The notes beneath the pieces were generated by a model. That model searched no databases. It worked only from the letters and a program-made list of their open reading frames with translations, and was not told the origin of the DNA. This document shows positions 53,705 to 64,000 of a DNA stretch of 64,000 nt, in pieces (the first letter of the stretch is position 1; every line of letters starts with the position of its first letter). Source of the stretch: the human T2T-CHM13v2.0 reference genome, Homo sapiens; NCBI RefSeq assembly GCF_009914755.1, contig NC_060938.1; one strand, given 5' to 3'. The position numbers and the translations under genes are program-made.

Positions 53705-56700
53705 CTGGGAGAGAGCGCATACTACTTTCCCTCCCTTTTACCCTTAAGTACAGTCTGCTCAAGTGCAGTTGCTGCAGGTCTGAGTTATACTCCCACCAAA
53801 CATCCATGTTTAAAAGCTTTTAGGATACAGTATCAGTAGAAATTAAACAGTTTCTTTAAATCTTGCCCAAAAGCTTTCACAAATTGCTTTACCCACATAA
53901 TGTTACTGCACAGTAGAGATGTGAATATGTGAAAGTGGGTGTTTGGAGGAAAATTTCATTAAACTAATTTCAGTGGATTCATAGAAGAGGTGACATTATG
54001 AAAAAGAACATTATGATATTAAGGTTTTTCTCTGATGCACTTACTGTTAATTTAAATGTTGATGATAAAAACCCTGATTTCAACCCAGACCTCTATCTTA
54101 TTGCCTGAGAAGTCCTTGTGACCTGTCCTCCACCTACCATGATCAAGAAAGGCTTTATATTGCTGTGGCACATGCCATACAGGACTGTAAGTTTATACTG
54201 TGGGTTTTTTTATTTTTCCACATATAACAATAATAAGGTGTTAGAATTTGTCTGGTGACTTTGCTTAACAAGCCTTGGGAGCAGATGAAAGCATTGTAAT
54301 ATGACATTCCAAATTTAGCCCCATTTGTCCTGCATAGAGAAATAAACTCAAAAAACAAAAAACAATTTCAAGCTGTCTCCTGAATTGAGCTGATTTCAGA
54401 GAAAAATACCATTAATCGGAGTACTGCAGATTGGTGTGACTCGTTCTTTGGATGACACTGTATGAGATAACTTTACAAAACTCTCATTATGTTTCAGAGA
54501 TAGTTTGTTAAATGTCTAGATTCTTTTCAGTCAAGGAGCAAGTGACCTGTTTTAAACCACAGTAACAGCAGAGTTTTGAAAAGAAAAACTCTTCACACAT
54601 GACGGAGCTGGGCAAAGCTGTGATTTTCTGCTTGGCTGGAACACAGTCTATGATTCAGTTATAAGGTTAATCAATCTGAACTAAAATGTAAAGGGATACG
54701 GATAAAAGATACACATAAAATGGAATCCTTAATGTCTCAGAGGAACATGTATTTATATGTCCTCACAGTGGAGACTCAAGCCAATTTCAAACCTACCATG
54801 GGATCTCTAATGGCTACCTTAAGTGTTAATTCACTTTGCTGTAAAAGATTCCCTTTGAGGAAAAATGAGGAATAGGCACCAAAAACTATGGCATAGTTTT
54901 GAAAGATATCCTTAGCAAATTAAAAGCTGACATAATTACTCATTGCAAGCAATAAATGAAACACATTTCATATTTTATTAAAATGTTCTTAAAATAATTG
55001 AAACCCAAAGCAGAGTTTATTTCAATTAACTTGTGACTCAAAATAAATATTTAACGTATTTAGCATTCTGCAATTAAGATCTATAATTTTAGTGATATGC
55101 AATTAGTTTTTTTTCTTAAAGCTATTCTCCACATAGTGTGGGTCAAAGCTTTATTTTACTTTATTCTTCAAAGGGCCCATTTGTTTTTGAGAGATTCTCT
55201 TTTTTTCTGCATTTAATCTGCTCAAAAAAATGTCAAACTTAACTGCTCCAATACCTGCACAGTCAAGACTTTCTACTATTTTATAATGTATGCCTGCTTA
55301 TTAAAGTCTTCAAGACATCCTAGACTTAGACAAACAGTGTCCAAATGTACCATATTTAGCTTCTATCTCAAAATCTCCCGAGCTGTCAATTTAGGTGTTA
55401 AAGAGACCATTTGTAAAGCTTGGCTGGGAATTGCCATTATTGACTGGAATGTGTGTTTATCATTACATTCAATGATGAAAGTGGAACATGTAGCATATGA
55501 ATAAATGTCAGCAGATGTTTCTTTTAAATGGCCTGATTTCAACCTCCTGTTGTTTGTCTTGAATACAAATATTAAAAAAGGGAAAAAAGGCAGAATTTTT
55601 TATGACATAAGTGCAAGGGTAGTTAGATTTTTTGAAAAACAACAAAAATAATGGCTGGAATATCAGACTGAGAGAGTAAAGTAGAATTAAGAGTTGGTTG
55701 TGCTTGGCTACTCTTATGAGCTTCTAAATAGGTCTAGCAAAAGGAGAGATTTTTCAGTATTTGGTTATAGCAAAATTTAATCTCATAGATTTTTGTGTTT
55801 AACAGCTGTTTTTTTTTTTAATCACTGAATTTGATTACTGCATGGAGGGCATTTAACTTGGATCAGGGTCTTAAGTCTTTAGCTTTTATTTAGAGACATT
55901 GAGTGAAGACACTCAGTAGCAAATGGACACTGTTTTCTTCCTAACTCTTACTTTGAAAGATAGGCATTGAACACAGAAAGCATATTTTCCATATTACAGT
56001 GAGAAAAACACAACTTAAATTCAGTGGTATACTAACAAAATAGACATTTTAGATGGAAAGACACAGAATCATCCTTTGTTCATTTCTACGACAGCTTTTT
56101 GTGAATGTAATGCATTTCATGTAATTCCTGTGGTGCTTTTGGGGCTGTAAATATTTGGGTGTCATTTGAAGAGGTGTAAAGTGACTAGAGACAAATTCTG
56201 GGTGGGCTTTAAGAGCAGGAAATGTAACTTTAAAAATCAGGCAGTCATATTAACATAAATTTCCAACATGATTGGTGTAAAATACTCCAGAGAAAATGTT
56301 CAAATATAATATATCTTTATAATAAATTGTTCAGAATTTGTCACCATTTCCACTTTATTTAAATGATAATAATTTGTACTTCAGATTGTAAGGAGCACTA
56401 CAGGCTAATGCTTATGTCTGTCAAAAACAGAACTTTCAAAGCCACTGAAGTTATGAGCAAAGCATGTTCCAGGCTTCCAAAAGGGCAATGACTTGGGGCC
56501 GGCTTTTTATCCCTGGCTTTCATTTTGGTAGCAGGATTGTTTGTAGCCACTGTTAGTTGTGGGCACAGATATTGCATACACAATCAGACATTTTCTCTTA
56601 ATTTTTAGAGTGTAAATGCCTAATTGCTTGTGCAATTACAGGAAGCACAAATTTTCTGCCTGTAAAATAGACGGCTGGGGTTGAATGTAAATTAAATCAT

Positions 56701-58994
56701 TAGTGTAATTTTCTGACTTGTATATGAACAAATCATATATGTTTTTCCGATATGTGATATTTCTGTAGTATTGATCAAAAAGCTACTCTTGAAAATGGGA
56801 TATGCTTTCCCATAATGTTTAATTACCCCTAAGACAGAGAACATTTTGACAGTCATGCTAATCAAATGTCAAGTGTAACGTTTAACAATCAAGCCTTTAA
56901 TTTTTAAGAAGAAATAAAGTACTCTGTTTACTGAGCGTTTCTAGTGGAATAATGCAGTAGTTATTTTGATAACCCCTCTGAAATTTAATATTGAACCTTT
57001 AGTTGGCACGTATACACTATTAATCTTTGCAAGTCAGAGCAGCAAAAAATATACTTACCTGCCTTTCTGTCACTTAGACTGAAAACATGCCCCAGCCATT
57101 GCTCCATTTCCACCAGATACTTTCAGTACCAAACTCCCATCTTTCATCACTATGTACATTTTACACATTCCTTCAGTTCAGCACTTTACATAATCTCTTC
57201 CAATCACAAATACAAATTGTAGTCCCCCCTCTAAAGAAACACTACTCTCAGTCAGGTTAGAGTCACCTTCCTTCACATTCTTCTCTTTTTTTCTCTCCCT
57301 TTTTACCCAGTCCTCGTGTGTTCCTTCCTGATCTGGGCACACACACATACCTCCACAATAACATGTCTATGACACCTGTTCCAGGGCTCATCCCCATCTA
57401 CAAAAATACTTGGCATACGAAACATGAAATGCCTATTAATTAACTCTGCTTGACTTAACTGTGCTTAACTATGATCGAAATTATTCTCTAAGGCTCTATT
57501 AGGATGAAAAGGAATTATTAACTAGCTAAAGGGTTCTTCGGATGATTAGAACATGAAAGGACCTGAGAAATGCTGGAATTTAGTTATACCTCGTTTGTCA
57601 CAATAGGGAATGGGACACTAAGCAGGCAAAGGGCCTGTGCCGTGTTCTTCACAGAAAGGTCAAGAATCCCTTCAGTCACTCTTCCTCTACCAGTGTGCCA
57701 GACCATGACTTTACCTCCCAGACTCTTCAACACATTCTAGGCCAAAGAGAACATCACTCAACCTTTCTAAACCTCTATTTGCTGTCCCATGTGTATCGCG
57801 CTCGGCCACAAAAGTGGGAGAGGCACAGCAGGCATTCCAGCACAATGCGTTATAATGGAAGACATGAAATAGGAGTTTACTAGAATTGAACTGAATTAAT
57901 ATTGGTTGGTAAAAACCACATTTAATCCACAAAAAGAAAAAAAATCATTGTTAATAGCAATTATCTCTTTGTAATCATACATCTCATATTTCAGGATAAG
58001 CTCAAAAAAATAGGTGCTCTATGATGACAGGCTGCCATCAACTCCCTGAGCTGTTTTTAACTGCCAACAATAACTAATGACACGTTAGGACTTTAAATAA
58101 GCCAAAAAGGCCAGAAAAATGGTACCTTCTTTAGGGAAACAGATTCAGTAGCAAATTTGAGGATATGATGATGTATATTCCTCTTACACTAAGAAGAATG
58201 GCCAGTTAAGACGTAAGGATTGCCATATTCTTAAAATTAGGTTTCTCACTGAAGATGGAAGTGTCTAGCATGTTGTCCAGAATGATTTTTAGGAAATAAT
58301 AATTGGGGGGGGGCACTGAAATAGATCATCTTAAGCAAATTTCACCTTCCAGGAACTCACAGACTTTGTAATGTCACTTTGCGACTCTACATGATTGGGG
58401 GTATGGGAGGAGGGTATAGCACGCAGCAGTTTTCAAATATATTTGACTATATTTTCTTAGAGTATCTAAGTGCTATTGTTCTAGGAAGAACTTTGCACCT
58501 GATTTAACTTAATACTCTAATACTGTAAATGATTACGAAATGTTAGAGTACCCTACTAGCATGTGCTACTTAAAACTAGGAAAGGGAAAGGGGCTCTGAC
58601 CACTTAGGCAACAGCTCTTTTCACTCTTCCATGGTAATTTCTGTGGCCCTTATGGTTCTCACACTAACATTATTTATTTGGTTTTTCAATTCTTTTCTTC
58701 ACTTGGGATGCTGTTAGAAATGGGTTACACTTTCTAATCATTTAGACTTCAGGTCTTCAGATTTGTTAAGTCAAATAGCAGTAAATATATAGGAGAAGCT
58801 TGAGAGGAAAGGAGTTTAAGGTGACCAACAGGGAAGTCTACCAAGGGTAGGCAGTCTTCTACATGGCATGGTTAGGTAGCATGAAATACCACTGGCTCCA
58901 AAAGCTCTCATTACCCTGGGTACCAGCAAATCTCATCATACAGCAATTCTCATCATACCAGCAGGTAGGGGCAGAGAAGAGCTGGGAAAAGAGC

Positions 58995-59130
58995 CTTAAT
59001 TTATTAGCACCTTCTATGTACGAGGCACTGAGCTGAGCACTTTCACAAATGTTATTTCATTTATCACCCCAACCACTTTGGAAGGTAGGTAGCATCATCC
59101 TTATTTTCCAGGAAAGAAAATAGAGGCATC
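58995..59130 (-). mobile_element. MIR fragment
   Basis: AGCACCTTCTATGTAC.AGGCACTG...GAAGGTAGGTAG.ATCATCCTTATTTT.CAG. Confidence 0.75.
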
Positions 59131-62100
59131 ATTTCTAGGAAGCACTAGTCAAAGTACACGTTTCTTCTCAGAGTTAATACGCTGGGAAGATTGGGGAAAA
59201 AAAGCTGAGATAATAGGTATCAAAGAACTGGGGAAGTTGAATGATAGAGGCCAAAAAATGCACAGCCTTATATAAAGCTTATTATAATTACTGAAACCAG
59301 GTAGCAGCAAGAGTCCTTTAATCCTTCAGTGAATTATCACTGATATTAAAGATGGTATTTTAACATTTAGAGATGCTCAATTTTTAAGCAAATAAAAGAA
59401 CAGATGCTGAGAGTTTCCAAGTATCCTGAAGTCTCTGCATTGGCCTACTCAGGAACTGATGTGTCCGAGATCATAAAGAGAATTCTTGATGTCTCTATAG
59501 ATACTTTAACTCCACCCTCAAATTCAGCTCTTACAGGGATCCTCAGTTCACTGCACTCCTGTCTTTTGCTGGGAAGGTTTGTTTCTTTGTTGCTGATCTA
59601 AGCCACCAATTAAGAGCATGAAGAGTTTCTGTGGGAAATGGATTCCAGAGGCTTCTTTTCTCTCTCAGTAACTCAACCTATTGGTCTTCAGATATCCTTA
59701 AAAACAATGTTTTCTATATTGCTATATATGCTTATAAAAGTTTTTATCAGAAACAGAAATTTGTTTTGCTTAAAGACCTTTCCAAGTGATTCATCACTAA
59801 AAAGAAAAAAATTTACTCTCACATGCATAATATTGCTTTAGAAAACCATTTAAAGTATCATTATCATGTCATTTATGTCTAAATCTTTATGATTTATGAG
59901 ACCACAAAATGCAAAGTTCATGTTTTCTACTCTATTAAAGTGCCTAAAAAAGAAAAAGAAACCCACCTAATAGTGCTAAACCCTGTAATATAAAACTGTC
60001 AACATATATATTAAAATTCTACTCTTCTAATAGTTACTATCTGGCTCGTTATCTTTATATACTAACATTGTCACAGTTAACTCACTCTCTATCAAATATA
60101 GGAACAGAATGATACAACATGGGATGAGCCAGATATGATCAGATAACTTTTAATCTATGCAATTGTGAATCTCATATTAATGAGAGGATCCACATCAGAA
60201 ATTAGTAACAGGAGGTATCTTACAGATGGATGGTGATAAAAAATTCCAATTTAAAATGAAAGTAGCAGCAATGCAAATTAGTGCAAAGTGGAACTTTTGT
60301 TCACAAAAAAATTAAGGTCAAATTCCACAGATTTAGAATTAAGCGTGTTAATTCCAGACATTGTCAGCAGTTTCTTTAAGAACCTTAGTCATTCATCTTT
60401 CCGAGATTAATATTAAAATTGTCTTAGACAAATGCCATACACTAATTGGCACTTTTCAAGTCCCTCCCGCTTGACCTGTGTACTTACATACCCTTTCAAC
60501 TGTTTCCAAATGAGAAGCTACAATCTAAAAGCCTATTTTTAAAGAGAAAACATTTGGAAAATAAAGTTCAATGCCTGAAGAGCTGAAATATTCCGTGTGA
60601 ATACCAGCCTGGACAGAAGATTTTCACTGAGGAAATGAGAGTTTTGAAGCATTTGGGACCAAGGAAAAGAATATTTCCTCTCAAACATTTCCAGCTTAAA
60701 ATATGTGGTGAGGAAACTGGAATTTTCAAAACTGGAAAAAAAAAAAAGAGAAAACATTTTGGCTGATAAGATGCTCCTGAATAAAATATTATCTGAAACA
60801 AATGTTTAAGTCAGAAAACACCTGCCAATGTAGATGTGCCCTTCGATAAATATGGTGTCTCCATCCTCGCTTCACATGTTTCTTAGCAATAACATGTTGG
60901 CATTCCATTTAAACATAAGTGCAGTAGAAAAGAGGCATATACTATATCTTATGGACATGGTGTTGTAACAGCTAGACCAGGGATTTTCAATGTGTTGAAG
61001 TTACAACTGTTTTATATTAACACCACTTAGAGATTATAATTAAGTAGTAAGGTGTTTAATGACATAGATAAGAGAATAATAATATAACCAGAGTGATATC
61101 AGGCTGTTGCTGATAATTTATATAAAAGTAATAATCTGAATATAAGGCTTATGATAGGATAGTAAAGTTTGTGGATAAAGGCCACCAATAATATAATAAT
61201 ATTTTCATTTTGCTTTTTATGGTTTGCTTTCTGCATTTTGTGAAACATCTTCAAAATTGTTTTTATATACAAGTGGCAACGTATGTATATTTTGTTTTCT
61301 AATGCATCCTTGAACATCACTGAGACAAATATCTTTATAGAATGGAGGTGTTAAAATAATTTAGAGATTTTAATGCAAATGTCTTATTTTTTCATGGACT
61401 TACAGATAACATCCCTTTTAAAAGCATACTATTAAATTAAAAAACCCGTAATTTCCAATAAAAATATCCAATGGATATTACACTTGCAAACTGTGAAACT
61501 GGCAGACACTCATACATACAATGCTAATTTGAAGGAAAATGTAAAATTTCCTGAAACTGGGAAATTGCAATTGTCAAAATAAAGAAAACCAGATGCTACC
61601 TTGGTTGGAAGAAAAGTTTCAAAGTACAGGAATAGATTAATTACTATGACAGTTGTTCTACCATATCCCTCAGGTTGGAATTGGTTGAGGGGGGAAAATC
61701 TTTAGAATCTACTAAATCTATATATTTATAACCAGAAAAGTGTAATATGAAGACTCATTTAAATGCTTAACATAAAAAAACAATGTTTTTCCTTTGAAAA
61801 TGTGTTTAACATAACATGAAGACTATTTTACTCAAGACCTATCATAATGAAATATTTGATTGAAATATGTTTAAAGCTTTCCACTTGAAACATGGATCTT
61901 ATTAAATATCAGTTTATCAGATCAGCTATTTGATAATGTGCACCTGAATTCATCATGCAGGAAGATGAGTTCAGGAATATACCTGCCTTTGGTGAAAAAA
62001 AAAAAAAAGGACATACCTGAGGTAAGATTACATGAGAGAATGGGAGGATGGGAAGGAGCAGGAAACATGGAATTAAGCCTTCCTGAGAATCAAGGTACTA

Positions 62101-62528
62101 AAATATAGAGGAAAAGCCAATCATGATTTGTAATCAAGTATCCAAAATAGGTCTTTGGTGCAAACAGTGACAGTGTAATGTCAAAAAGAAATAGGTGCTG
62201 AACATGGCAGTTCCAAAACTATTTCATTTAACACAGAGTTTACTCAATTTCAGCTTCTTGAGTAAGAAATTCCAGGACACACCTCACTTGCAAAATATTT
62301 TTGATTCAGTATGTATACTAATTATTTTAATTTTATATCAATTCTTAACACATAATTGAAAGCTACAATTCTAAGAACTCATTCTAACAACATTCATTGT
62401 TCATTATATTACCAAGATAATCTAACTATTGAGACTCTTTTTAAAGGCATCCATATGAGCTTGTACCCCAATAGCCAAATATATTATTATGAAGTTCCAA
62501 GTTTTTTTTCTCCTATGTTATTATCATT

Positions 62529-62924
62529 TGATATAGTTTACATATTTTTCCTGCCCAAATCTCATGTTGAATTGTAATTCCTAATATTGGAGGTGCAGCC
62601 TGGTGGGAGGTGATCAGATCATGGGGGTGGATTTTTCATGAATGGTTTAGCACCATCCTCTTGGTGCTGTCCTCACAAAAGTGAGTAAGTTCTCATAAGA
62701 TCTGGTTGTTTAAAATTGTGTGGCACCTCCTTCTCTCATGTGAAATGTTTGCTCCTGCTTCACCTTCTGCCATGAGTGAAAGCTTCCTGAGGCCTCCCCA
62801 GAAGCAGATGCTGGTGCCATGCCTCCTATACAGGCTGTAGAACTGTGAGCCAATTAAACCTCTTTTTTATAAATTACCCAGTCTTGGGTATTTATTTATA
62901 ATAAGGCAATAATGGACTAATACA
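62529..62924 (+). mobile_element. MSTA solo LTR
   Basis: TGATATAGTTT...CCCAAATCTCATGTTGAATTGTAAT...CATGAATGGTTTAGCACCATCC...GGACTAATACA. TSD TCATT/TCACT. Confidence 0.92.
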
Positions 62925-63062
62925 TCACTTTATAATTAAAATATTATGTACTAAAGTTCTAACAATATCTCAAAACATAGCCAAGCTTAAAGCATATAAT
63001 ACATATATTTTAAGAGGTATTGGCAGATTGTTTGAATTCAGACACACAATTTGCGTACTCTA

Positions 63063-63360
<298 letters not shown>

Positions 63361-63363
<3 letters not shown>

Positions 63364-63599
63364 GGGAAGGGGAGGGGAGGGGAGAGGAGGGGAAGGGAGG
63401 AGAGGGGAGGGGAGGGGAAGGGAGGAGAGGGGAGGGGAGGGGAAGGGAAGGGAAGGGAAGGGAAGGGAAGGGAAGGGAAGGGAAGGGAAGGGAAGGGAAA
63501 GGAAGAGGAAAGAGAGAAAGAGAGGGAGAGAAAGAAAGAAAGAGAAAAAAAGAAAGAAGAAAGAAAGAAAGAAAGAGAGAAAGAGAGAGAAAGAAAGGA
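63361..63599 (+). repeat. Polypurine (GGGGA)n/(GGGAA)n/(GAAA)n tract in the Alu tail
   Basis: About 240 bp purely A/G with multiple G4 runs. Confidence 0.95.
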
Positions 63600-64000
63600 T
63601 ACTCAGAAGATTATACATTGGAATTCCTTGTAATACCAGAGGATATAGAGTTTTAAGTGATTTATTTTCAAACAATTTGTTAACATGTAAAAATCACTGA
63701 ACATTATCTAATATCATTATTTTCCAAAGAAAATATTCATAGGAAGTGATTTCCACTTCCAAATATCATGGAGCGGCTTATAGTAGATCAAAAATAATAA
63801 AATAGACTTTTTTAAAAACCTGAAATAAGTTTATTTATTTTATAATATATATGTAGTAGATAATTATTTTTCCAAAGTTAATAGATTTCAAACTGGATGT
63901 TGACCCTTGCTTCATCAACAAAATAATAATAATAAGCTGTAGCTAAAAGCAATTAGGAGAAGCTGGACAATATGCAAAGACACAAGATGAAGGCATAGGA

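Noticed and set aside
53729-53785. Plus-strand 24-nt micro-exon (tacag|TCTGCTCAAGTGCAGTTGCTGCAG|gtctga)
   Set aside because: The donor GTCTGA is weak and no partner exons are recognisable. It is covered by the general 53.6 kb finding.

Overview
This is AT-rich, CpG-depleted primate (human-like) nuclear DNA, shown by many AluS/AluY copies, L1PA, THE1/MST/MLT and ERVL. I found no supportable cellular protein-coding gene, rRNA/tRNA gene or CRISPR array. The longer ORFs in the track are L1 ORF2 or ERVL pol/dUTPase remnants, or Alu and microsatellite artefacts. Bases 1-43 kb are transposon-dense. They hold an ERV3-16A3/LTR16A provirus fragment, a multi-layer L1M > LTR33-like ERV > ERVL(MLT2) > MLT1A/AluY nest, and two twin-primed L1PA insertions. 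Bases 43-62.5 kb are largely unique and TE-poor, with features of conserved regulatory or intronic DNA and several minus-strand exon-like segments. The most notable observations are: (1) a ~350-bp fold-back inverted duplication of an L2 segment attached to a truncated L1MA; (2) a CpG-retaining, splice-bounded 112-nt segment at 53.6 kb with one open frame; (3) a near-perfect 64-nt hairpin; (4) a template-switch microinversion inside an AluY. I cannot name the locus, and I see no convincing new multi-gene system. Repeat subfamily calls come from recalled consensus motifs, and boundaries of old elements are approximate.
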